From a virus: 47,987 nt of DNA. The stretch spans positions 1-47,987 of IMG/VR virus record IMGVR_UViG_3300038808_000009, one strand, 5' to 3'. Numbering within the stretch: the first letter of the stretch is position 1; every line of letters starts with the position of its first letter. The position numbers were made by a program, and so were the translations under genes. This document shows positions 1 to 7,767 of the stretch, piece after piece. The notes below the pieces were generated by a model. That model saw nothing but the letters and a program-made list of their open reading frames with translations. It ran no database searches and was not told where the DNA came from.

Positions 1-55
1 GGGCGACCATGACGGCCCTCGTCCCGCAAAGCGGGCGATGCGACTGCGGCCCTCG
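1..55. repeat. 55-bp terminal direct repeat, identical to 47933..47987 (assembly overlap of a circular contig, or a short terminal redundancy)
   Basis: Bases 1-55 (gggcgaccatgacggccctcgtcccgcaaagcgggcgatgcgactgcggccctcg) recur exactly as the last 55 bases of the window. Confidence 0.9.
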
Positions 56-84
56 TCCGAAACTCGGACCTGCGCGAGGTATCC

Positions 85-300
85 ATGACCGACACCGCCA
101 ACCGTTCCGACGCCGCCTACGCCCAGATCGAGGCGGCGCACCGCTCGATTGCGCTCCTGCGCGACCATCTCCGGCACCGGGAGGCCAACCGCGGCTTCGC
201 GCTCGCCCAGACGAAGCTCGACGAGGCCCGCCTGTGGCTCGACGAGGCCCTGTCCATCGCCGCTGCGCCCGAGCAGCCGTCCGCCAACGACCGGCCGTAG
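85..300 (+). CDS. small alpha-helical hypothetical protein (71 aa), two-helix hairpin-like
   Basis: ATG with GAGG 6 nt upstream. Helical heptad-like sequence ...ALAQTKLDEARLWLDEAL. First gene after a candidate promoter at 47802. Confidence 0.6.
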   Translation: MTDTANRSDAAYAQIEAAHRSIALLRDHLRHREANRGFALAQTKLDEARLWLDEALSIAAAPEQPSANDRP

Positions 301-592
301 TGAGTGGGCACGTCATGGATAGTAGGCGCCCGATCACATGGCCGCGGCTGCTGATCGCCGTGCCCGGGAAGCTGCCCCGGCATGAACTACACATGAACGC
401 CCTTGATTTGGGCCGAGCGATAGTGTTCGCTGTGCCGCCCGAACGTCTCGGGCCGTATGGACGCGAGGAATACGCGATCAAGACTATCCTGAACGACGTA
501 TATCTCGGTCTAGTAATCGAGGTTCCGACTGAAAGCAGTGTTTGGCAACGCGCAGTGCCCCATACGGGCCCATTTTTAGAGGAGTAGTCGCC

Positions 593-1480
593 ATGATGGA
601 CCGTTATCCGGCGAAAGCCTTCAATCAGAACAGGCTCGTCACCGAGGCCGAGCTTGAGAGCGGCGTTCCGGCCGTCTGCGACGGCTGCGGATCTCGCGAG
701 AGCTTGCTCGCGATCAATGTGCGCGGGCACATGACATGCTGCCCCGAGCGCCGGATGATCCATGACCCGGGCCGCGCCGGGCTGGCGGTGCGCCGGCCGG
801 TCGCCCTGGCCGTCGTCGAGCCTTCGGAGGATCACAGCGGCGCGGCCTGCGCCGAGAAGTGCGCCGAGACCTACGGCCGGACCGATGTGGTCTGCCGCGA
901 GGCCGAGCGGGCGCTGGAGAGCCCGCGCCACGTCCGCTGCGGGCTGGCGACGTGCCAGGAGGACGAGGAATGCGCCTTCCCCGACCGCTGCTGCGCCGTC
1001 GCGGGCGAGCGGGGCCGGGCCTTCGACGAGGGCATGAAGGCTGTCGGGGCGGCGGTCGATCAGATGGCCGCGTTCGAGGGCGATCCGAAGCTGATCGACC
1101 CGGCCCGCCGGGCGTTCTCGGACGGCGGCGACCGGCCCGGTGACGCTGTGCCGGTCGATATCCGGACCGGCTTCCCGATCCGGGCGACGCCGGAGAACAA
1201 CCGGCCCGGGATCCACGCGCCGATCTCGGCCAGCATGGTCGACCCTGCGGACCCGAACGAGTTCAACTGGCGGATCGAGGGCCGCGATCACGGCTACACG
1301 GCCCCTGACCGGCGCGTCTGGTGGAAGCGGCTCCCCCTGATCCGCCACATCTGCGCGGTCTGGCTCTCCTGGCAGGTTCACAACTACGCCGGAGCCTGGG
1401 CCGAGGTCGGGATCGGCGTGGGCGGGCCCAACCCGCATGACCTGTGGGTCGTCGAGGGGGCGTGGCACGGCTACTGGTAG
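593..1480 (+). CDS. hypothetical protein, Cys-rich N-terminal half and Trp-rich C-terminus
   Basis: ORF 542..1480 trimmed to ATG 593, which has GAGGAG 8 nt upstream. About 17 Cys in the first 150 aa. No family recognised. Confidence 0.65.
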   Translation: MMDRYPAKAFNQNRLVTEAELESGVPAVCDGCGSRESLLAINVRGHMTCCPERRMIHDPGRAGLAVRRPVALAVVEPSEDHSGAACAEKCAETYGRTDVVCREAERALESPRHVRCGLATCQEDEECAFPDRCCAVAGERGRAFDEGMKAVGAAVDQMAAFEGDPKLIDPARRAFSDGGDRPGDAVPVDIRTGFPIRATPENNRPGIHAPISASMVDPADPNEFNWRIEGRDHGYTAPDRRVWWKRLPLIRHICAVWLSWQVHNYAGAWAEVGIGVGGPNPHDLWVVEGAWHGYW

Positions 1481-1534
1481 GCTGCTATGTGAGCGGGACG
1501 GCGCATGTCGCGCCCGAAGTCAAGAGGACGTGAT

Positions 1535-1960
1535 ATGTCTCGCTTTCCGCTCACCGCTGCTGCTATCGAAGGGGAACTGGAGGGCTTCGCCGAAGCTCTC
1601 CTGACGAGCCCGGCCTTCATCGCGAAGGTCGAAGCCCTGTTCGGCATCAAGCCGGACGCACCCGCGGCACCCGCCGCAAGTACAGGAAGTGTGGACATGG
1701 CAACCGTCAAGGAACTCCAGGACGCCCTCGCCTCGACCCGTTCGAGCGTGGACGGCCTCACCGCCAAGATCGGCCAGGGCAACACCGGGATCGACCCGGC
1801 CGACCTCGATCCGATCCTGACCGAACTGAACGACCTCCGCGGCACCGTCGAGGCCATGTCGAAGTCGCTCGACAAGCCGGAGGCCGCCGCCTCGACCGTC
1901 CAGACCGGCGAAGGCGCGACCGCTACGGGCCCGGTGCCGACCCCGACCGCCGGCGCCTGA
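1535..1960 (+). CDS. hypothetical protein (141 aa)
   Basis: ORF 1505..1960 trimmed to ATG 1535 preceded by AGAGGA. Ala/Pro-rich linker and predicted helices. Confidence 0.6.
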   Translation: MSRFPLTAAAIEGELEGFAEALLTSPAFIAKVEALFGIKPDAPAAPAASTGSVDMATVKELQDALASTRSSVDGLTAKIGQGNTGIDPADLDPILTELNDLRGTVEAMSKSLDKPEAAASTVQTGEGATATGPVPTPTAGA

Positions 1961-2051
1961 ATATACGCCAGTGTCCCGCCGCTTCGGCGGCGGGGCGTCC
2001 CAAGCATTCGCGAGCAGTATCTATCCAGGTTCTACGAGAGGAACGACAGCA

Positions 2052-2789
2052 ATGACCGCACGTAATTTCGAGCACATCGTCGAAGTCGTCTACGAGGTCA
2101 ATCGCGCGTACTGCGCCTCGCTCGGCGACAACTCGTTCAAGCCTTGGGCCGAGGCCGACGAGTGGCAGAAATCCACGATCCGCCAGGGCATAGCCTTCGT
2201 GATCGAGAACCCGCAGGCCGGGCCGGGCGACAGCCACCGCTCCTGGCTCGACGTGAAGCTGGCCGAAGGCTGGAACTATGGGCCCGTCAAGGATCCCGAG
2301 CGCAAGACGCACCCGTGCATCGTGCCCTACGAGGATCTTCCGGCCGAGCAGAAGGCGAAGGACTACATCTTCCTGTCCGTCGTCAAGACGAGCCTCAATC
2401 AGATGTACGAGGCGGACGTGAACGACACCATCCGCAGCGATATTCGCCAGAATAGCGCGCCGCGGCCCGTGTCCGAGGCCGAAGTCGAGAAGGCTATCCA
2501 GGCGGCCGGTAAGACTGCGCCGCGCCTGACGCCCGCCGATATCGACGACGTGATTGTCGGCGAGGACTACTACGTCTTCCCGGGCACGACGATGACCGTC
2601 TGTTGCTTGACCCTGCGCAACGGGTTCAATTCGATCGGTTACTCGGCCGCGGCCTCGCCGGAGAACTTCGACGCGCAGATCGGCCGGGACGTGTCCCGCC
2701 GCAATGCCCGGGAGAAGATCTGGGCGCTGGAGGGCTACCTGCTCAAGAACAAGCTGTGCGAGCAGTCGCAGCTTAAGACGCTTGACTGA
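2052..2789 (+). CDS. RyR-domain protein fused to a Gp49-like (N4 gp49 / Sf6 gp66 family) C-terminal domain
   Basis: SHRSWLDVKLAEGWNYGPVKDPERKTHPCIVPYEDLPAEQKAKDY matches the RyR repeat signature. The C-terminus TPADIDDVIVGEDYYVFPGTTMTVCCLTLRNGF...REKIWALEGYLLKNKL is Gp49-like. ATG 2052 preceded by GAGAGGAA. Confidence 0.75.
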   Translation: MTARNFEHIVEVVYEVNRAYCASLGDNSFKPWAEADEWQKSTIRQGIAFVIENPQAGPGDSHRSWLDVKLAEGWNYGPVKDPERKTHPCIVPYEDLPAEQKAKDYIFLSVVKTSLNQMYEADVNDTIRSDIRQNSAPRPVSEAEVEKAIQAAGKTAPRLTPADIDDVIVGEDYYVFPGTTMTVCCLTLRNGFNSIGYSAAASPENFDAQIGRDVSRRNAREKIWALEGYLLKNKLCEQSQLKTLD

Positions 2790-2854
2790 CGAGGAGCGGG
2801 CCGCTACGTGACTTTCTACGGCTGTGGCGGCCGTTCCTCACCGTGGATGCGAGG

Positions 2855-2888
2855 CGGCCCCCGGAGCTTTAGTCGGCTCCGGGGGCCG
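2855..2888 (+). terminator. strong hairpin (13-bp perfect stem, 8-nt loop) between the accessory block and the tail fibre gene
   Basis: cggcccccggagc (2855..2867) pairs with gctccgggggccg (2876..2888). Followed by acttgtgtct, a weak U-tract. Confidence 0.5.
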
Positions 2889-2918
2889 ACTTGTGTCTAG
2901 GCCCAGGAGAACAACGCC

Positions 2919-4244
2919 ATGCCGACCCTGCCGAGCTTCATTCGCCGCCTGTTCAGCTTCACGGCATTCCAGCAAGGGCAGGGCGACAACTCGTTCCCTG
3001 GCACCCAACTCGACGCTGATCTCGACCAGATCGACAACGCCGTCACCGGGCTCCTACAGCAGATGGGCGGCCTGATCCGGGCGGACGGCAAGCTCGCCAA
3101 CGGGATCGTAACCCGCAACAGCCTCGCGTCGGACCTTCTAATCGGCGTCGGCTCGGCCCGGCCCTGGAAAGCCGGCGTCCCGTACCTCGACGGCGAGAGC
3201 GTCACCCGCGGCTACCTGATCTATCAGGCGGTCCAGAACAGCATCGGCGTCGACCCGGCGGCCGACGTGACGGGCGCCTTCTGGGAGGTCGTCGCAGACC
3301 TATCCCAGGCCGTCACCATCGCTGCGGGCGGCGTCGGGACTGCGGCAATCGCAGACGGCGCCGTGACGGCCGCGAAGCTGGCCGGGCCCATCCCGGGCTC
3401 GATCCTGGGCGACGGCTCGGTGCCGGCCGCCAAGATCGCCCCCGGCCTGGGCGTCGTCCCCATCGGCGCTCGCATCGCCTACGCCGGCCTCCGGGCGCCG
3501 GCCGGGTGGATGCTGGAGGCCGGACAGGCAATCTCGCGAGCCACCTACGCGAACCTGTTCAACGCCATTACCGAGACCTTCAAGGCGGACATTTCGTCCG
3601 GGCAGACCGCCCTCACCAACGCCAGCAAGTCGATCCAGGGGATCGGGCTCGGCGCCGCCTACGTCGAGGGCCCCGGCATCCCCCTAGGCACCCGCCTCGT
3701 CTCGGACGCGGACGGTGGGCTCGCGATCAACAATCAGGCGACCGCGACGACCGCCCAGGCGACGATCAGGGTGCTTCCCTACGGGCAGGGTGACGGTGTA
3801 TCGACCTTCAACGTGCCCGACAGCCGCGGCCGGGCCGACTTCGGCCGCGATAACATGGGCGGGAACGGCTCCGGCCGCCTCGTGGCGACCGTGGACGGTT
3901 CGGCCCTCACCAACAGCGCCTTCGACGCAGGCGCCGGAAAGGAGCGTACCACACTCGGCGTCACGAACCTGCCGACCTCCATGCCGGCAGGCGGCAAGGT
4001 CACGGTCAGCTACCCCGGCTACGCGTCGTCGAAGTACGGCGCCCTGGCGAATATACTGTCGGCCGCGCAGGGCGCGCTCGTGCAGAACGTCTGGGTCCAG
4101 GAAGTCGGTCTGACCCTGACGACAGCAGAGACCCGTGACTTTCAAGCCACGGGAACCGCGAACAACCCGGGAGGCGGGCAACCGTTCAACACCCTCCCGC
4201 CCGCAGCGATCACGAACAAGATCATCTTTCACGGAGTGCAGTAA
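2919..4244 (+). CDS. tail fibre protein with phage tail-collar domain
   Basis: AGGAGA RBS. Collar-type motifs PIGARIAYAGLRAPAGWMLEAGQAISRATYANLFNAI, FNVPDSRGRADFG and GGGQPFNTLPPAAITNKIIF. Confidence 0.85.
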   Translation: MPTLPSFIRRLFSFTAFQQGQGDNSFPGTQLDADLDQIDNAVTGLLQQMGGLIRADGKLANGIVTRNSLASDLLIGVGSARPWKAGVPYLDGESVTRGYLIYQAVQNSIGVDPAADVTGAFWEVVADLSQAVTIAAGGVGTAAIADGAVTAAKLAGPIPGSILGDGSVPAAKIAPGLGVVPIGARIAYAGLRAPAGWMLEAGQAISRATYANLFNAITETFKADISSGQTALTNASKSIQGIGLGAAYVEGPGIPLGTRLVSDADGGLAINNQATATTAQATIRVLPYGQGDGVSTFNVPDSRGRADFGRDNMGGNGSGRLVATVDGSALTNSAFDAGAGKERTTLGVTNLPTSMPAGGKVTVSYPGYASSKYGALANILSAAQGALVQNVWVQEVGLTLTTAETRDFQATGTANNPGGGQPFNTLPPAAITNKIIFHGVQ

Positions 4245-4246
4245 TC

Positions 4247-5440
4247 ATGGCCGCCAAAGTCAACCGTACCCCCGAGATCTGCCAGACGTTCGGCGTTCGG
4301 GCCCAGAACGATCTCGGCTACTCGCGGAAGAAAGTCGCCGGTCTGTTCGGCAACGGCGATATCGAGAGCCAAGGCTTCAACACGCTCCAGGAGATCAACC
4401 CGGTCGTGTCGGGCTCGGCCGGCGGCTTCGGGTGGATGCAGTGGACCGGGCCGCGGCGCCGGGCCTACCTCGCCTGGGCGTCGGCGCTCGGCCTCGATCC
4501 GGCCGCCGACGAGACGAACTACCGCTACATGGTCCACGAGCTTCTGACCATCGAGACGGCCGCGCACCGGGCGATCCTGGCGTGCGCCGACGACGAGGCC
4601 GTGGCCGCGACCGTCGTCTGCACGAAGTACCTGCGGCCCGGCACCCCGCACCTGGACAAGCGCATCGCCAGCGCGAAGCGGAACCTCGTCTACGTGCCGC
4701 CGGCCAAGGGCGCCGCGAGCCCGGACACGGGTCCAGTGGGCACGATCCAGCCGGCGGCGCCCGTCGCACCGCAGGAGCCCGTTAATCAGGCGGCCCCGGC
4801 GGTCCAGGTCGAAGCCGGCCGCTGGCCGGAGGACAGTTTGTCCGCCTTCGAGATCAAGGCGATCCAGCAGCGGTTGCTCGATCTCGGATACCACGTCGTC
4901 GGCTTCGCGGACGGGAAGTGGGGCAAGCGCACGTCGGCCGCTCTGACGGCCCTCCAGCAGCAGGCCGTGAACGAAGGCGCCCAGGTCGCAATCGACGGCC
5001 ACTACGGGCCCCAGACCCGGGCGCTGCTGTCCAGCGACGCCATGAAGGCCACCGTCTCGCCCGAGCGTGCGGCCGTCACGTCGAAGGTTCTGGCGAAGCT
5101 CGGCAACCCGACCGTCCTGGCCGGACGGAAGATCACATGGGCCTCCGCAGGCGCCGTCCTGGCAGGAGTGGGCACGCTGGCGGGCGCCCTGTCGACCGGA
5201 TGGACGACTGAGCTTCCCTGGCCGTTCTCCATGTTCACGGCCTTCCTGCCGCCGTGGGCTCTGCCGCTCGTCATCGTGGCCTTCAACCTCTACACGGCCG
5301 CCAAGTCGACGGGCCTGATCGGTTCGGCCGTCGAGCGGGTCCAGCAGGGGATAGACAATACCGGGGCGCCGGCCGCACCGGGGGCGACTGCGCCCATTTC
5401 CCTGCCCTTCGGGCTCGACAAGCTGTTCCAGCGGTCATGA
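4247..5440 (+). CDS. cell-wall hydrolase: tail-lysozyme-like domain, peptidoglycan-binding repeats and two C-terminal transmembrane helices
   Basis: GLFGNGDIESQGF...GGFGWMQWTGPRRRAYL (tail lysozyme family signature). IKAIQQRLLDLGYHVVGFADGKWGKRTSAAL and IDGHYGPQTRALL (PG_binding_1-like). Hydrophobic stretches AGAVLAGVGTLAGAL and FLPPWALPLVIVAFNLYTAA. Confidence 0.75.
   Translation: MAAKVNRTPEICQTFGVRAQNDLGYSRKKVAGLFGNGDIESQGFNTLQEINPVVSGSAGGFGWMQWTGPRRRAYLAWASALGLDPAADETNYRYMVHELLTIETAAHRAILACADDEAVAATVVCTKYLRPGTPHLDKRIASAKRNLVYVPPAKGAASPDTGPVGTIQPAAPVAPQEPVNQAAPAVQVEAGRWPEDSLSAFEIKAIQQRLLDLGYHVVGFADGKWGKRTSAALTALQQQAVNEGAQVAIDGHYGPQTRALLSSDAMKATVSPERAAVTSKVLAKLGNPTVLAGRKITWASAGAVLAGVGTLAGALSTGWTTELPWPFSMFTAFLPPWALPLVIVAFNLYTAAKSTGLIGSAVERVQQGIDNTGAPAAPGATAPISLPFGLDKLFQRS
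4831..4843. repeat. perfect GGACA-N3-TGTCC palindrome (GGACAGTTTGTCC)
   Basis: Read directly. Lies in the hydrolase gene, codons E-D-S-L-S. Confidence 0.9.
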
Positions 5441-5453
5441 TCGCCGAGGCGTT

Positions 5454-5948
5454 GTGGCGGCCGGGTCTCCCCCGGCCGTCCCCACGGGCATTCCGACAGG
5501 CGTGCCAGCGGGTGCCGTCCTCGACAACGCACAGACACACGCACCGGCCACCATGCAACTCGACGTAGCGACCATCTTGTCCATCGCGGCGTTCCTGCTG
5601 TCGATTGGCACCCTGATCTGGAAGTCGAGCGCCCTGGCGGCCCAACAGCGGGCGTTCGAGGCGTATTCGACCAAGCGGGACACCGAGCGCGAGGAGTGGC
5701 GAAAGGCGCACGAGGCGTCGGTCGACGCGCGCTTCGCGGCCGTCACCGGGTCCACGACGCTTCTGCGCGAGCAGATCGCCGAGGTCCGCGAAAACCTCGC
5801 CAAGAACTACATGATCAAGAGCGAGATCGCAGCAATCGAGCAGCGGGCCACGAACGGTCAGGAGCGTATCTTTACGATGCTTGACAAGATGAACGCCCGG
5901 CTGGACAGTTTGTCCGAGAAGGTACTCCAGGCGCTACAGAAGTCATGA
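5454..5948 (+). CDS. membrane protein with N-terminal TM helix and coiled-coil tail (holin or i-spanin-like lysis candidate)
   Basis: GTG 5454 has GAGG upstream; an alternative ATG is at 5553. ILSIAAFLLSIGTLIW TM segment followed by a charged helical region. Overlaps the terL start by 4 nt. Confidence 0.5.
   Translation: MAAGSPPAVPTGIPTGVPAGAVLDNAQTHAPATMQLDVATILSIAAFLLSIGTLIWKSSALAAQQRAFEAYSTKRDTEREEWRKAHEASVDARFAAVTGSTTLLREQIAEVRENLAKNYMIKSEIAAIEQRATNGQERIFTMLDKMNARLDSLSEKVLQALQKS
5903..5915. repeat. perfect GGACA-N3-TGTCC palindrome (GGACAGTTTGTCC)
   Basis: Read directly. Ends 30 nt upstream of the terL ATG. Confidence 0.9.
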
Positions 5949-7567
5949 AGACACGAGCAGAGATCGACGCGGCGGCGGAACGTCAGAAGCGGATCGCCGC
6001 CGCCAAAGCGCAGCTACGGGCAATCGAGCGCGAGGAGATCGTATCGAATGCGCGCGAACACTTCATGCCGTTCGTGAAGTTCACGCAACCGAGCCCGCAG
6101 GATCCCGACGACGCCTCGCTCAGTAGCTACGACAATCAGTATTTCCACGACGCTATCGCGCGGACGCTGGAGGAAGTCGAGAAGGGCGCCATGCCCTTCC
6201 TGATCCTGACCGTGCCGCCCAGGCACGGCAAGAGCGAACTGACCTCGCGCCGTTTCCCCGCCTGGATCGCCGGGCGCAACCCGCGCCGGCAGATCGTCGT
6301 CGCCGCGCACACCGATCAGCTTGCCGAGGACTTCGGCGCCGACGTGCGCAACATCATGTCGACGCCGCAGTACCGTCAGGTGTTCCCCGAGTTCAAGCTC
6401 GCCCGGGGCGGGTCGGCCAAGGATCGCCTCCAGACGACCCAGGGCGGGCTCCTCGTATTCGTCGGCCGCGGCACGGCGCTGCTCGGCCGAGGCGCAGACT
6501 TCCTGATCCTCGACGACCTTATCAAGAACGCCGAGGAAGCTCGCTCGCCGACCGTGCGCGAGGAAGTCTGGCAATGGTTCATCAAGGTCGCGATGACCCG
6601 GCGCATGAATGCTGAAAGCCCGGTCATCTTGATTATGCAGCGGTGGCACGAGGACGATCCGGTCGGCCGGATTACGGACCCGACCAACCCGCATCACGAC
6701 CCGGAACTGGCCGCGAAGTTCAAGATCATCAACCTGCCGGCGCTCGCCGAGGACGACGACCCGCTCGGACGCCCCAAGGGCACCGCCCTTTGGCCGATCT
6801 CCGGCGGCAAGCGGAAGTTCGACGAGGAGTTCCTGGAAGGTCAGCGCAGGCTAGATCCGACCGGCTTCCCGGCGCTCTATCAGCAGAACCCGGGCGCCGT
6901 GGACGGTATTATGTTCAAGCGCGAATGGTTTCACCTGTACGGGCCGGACGATCTGCCGAAGAACCTGTCCATGTACTGCTCAAGCGATCACGCGGTGGGC
7001 ACGGACAAGAACAAGAACGACGCCACGGTCCTGCTCGGGGGCGGCGTCGACAGCGCGGGCGATCTGTGGCTCACGGACTGCATCTGGGATCGGCTCCCGT
7101 CAGACCGGGCCGTCGAGCACATGCTGTCCATGGCGCGGACGATCAAGCCGATCCTGTGGGCCGGCGAGAAGGGCCAGATCAGCATGTCTATCGGGCCGTT
7201 CCTGCGCCAGCGCATGTCCGAGACGAGCAATTTCTTCGCGATCCGCGAGATGGTTCCGATCTCGAACAAGGAAGCGCGGGCCCAATCCATCTCCGCTCGA
7301 TCCGCCCAGGGCAAGGTCCACTTTCCGCGGACCGCTTGGTGGACCGAGAAGGCCATGGATGAACTGATGAAGTTCCCAGGCGGCCGACACGACGACTTCG
7401 TGGACGCCTTCGCTTGGTTCGGCCTGCTGATCCAGTCCATGCATGGCGCGAGCGCGAAGGCGGAAACCCCGAAGTCGGCCCCTAAGTACGGGTCATACGC
7501 CTGGGTCAAGGCGCAGCAACGCCGGCAGGCGACCGAGGACGCGATCCGCGCGGGTGGAGGATACTGA
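5945..7567 (+). CDS. terL: terminase large subunit
   Basis: Walker A-like PPRHGKSE, Walker B FLILDDL, C-terminal nuclease motif GGRHDDFVDAFAW. Sits immediately upstream of the portal gene. Confidence 0.93.
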   Translation: MKTRAEIDAAAERQKRIAAAKAQLRAIEREEIVSNAREHFMPFVKFTQPSPQDPDDASLSSYDNQYFHDAIARTLEEVEKGAMPFLILTVPPRHGKSELTSRRFPAWIAGRNPRRQIVVAAHTDQLAEDFGADVRNIMSTPQYRQVFPEFKLARGGSAKDRLQTTQGGLLVFVGRGTALLGRGADFLILDDLIKNAEEARSPTVREEVWQWFIKVAMTRRMNAESPVILIMQRWHEDDPVGRITDPTNPHHDPELAAKFKIINLPALAEDDDPLGRPKGTALWPISGGKRKFDEEFLEGQRRLDPTGFPALYQQNPGAVDGIMFKREWFHLYGPDDLPKNLSMYCSSDHAVGTDKNKNDATVLLGGGVDSAGDLWLTDCIWDRLPSDRAVEHMLSMARTIKPILWAGEKGQISMSIGPFLRQRMSETSNFFAIREMVPISNKEARAQSISARSAQGKVHFPRTAWWTEKAMDELMKFPGGRHDDFVDAFAWFGLLIQSMHGASAKAETPKSAPKYGSYAWVKAQQRRQATEDAIRAGGGY

Positions 7568-7767
7568 TGGGCAAGATCACGGATCAGGACGTTTTGGCCG
7601 CCACGGACAACGGCGACGGAACCCACGACGGGGTGAAGCTCGCACAGTGGCTCTACGAGGCGACAACTGGTAAGCCTCTCGCGCGGGACGACGCCGAAAG
7701 GCTTGTCCAGGAGGGCATTCGCCGTGCCCGGATCCGACGCGATCAGGAGGCCAGGGCCAATGTTTGA
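7567..7767 (+). CDS. small hypothetical protein (66 aa)
   Basis: ATG overlaps the terL stop (ATGA-type junction). No family recognised. Confidence 0.5.
   Translation: MGKITDQDVLAATDNGDGTHDGVKLAQWLYEATTGKPLARDDAERLVQEGIRRARIRRDQEARANV

Noticed and set aside
1-55. Genuine short direct terminal repeat of the virion DNA
   Set aside because: An exact 55-nt overlap at contig ends is more simply explained as an assembler k-mer overlap of a circular or permuted genome. This cannot be decided from sequence alone.
9-587. 192-aa ORF running from the terminal repeat through the gene at 85
   Set aside because: It overlaps the better-supported 85..300 gene in another frame and is Arg/Pro-rich in its first half. 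Only its 3' part (315..587) is noted as an uncertain small ORF.
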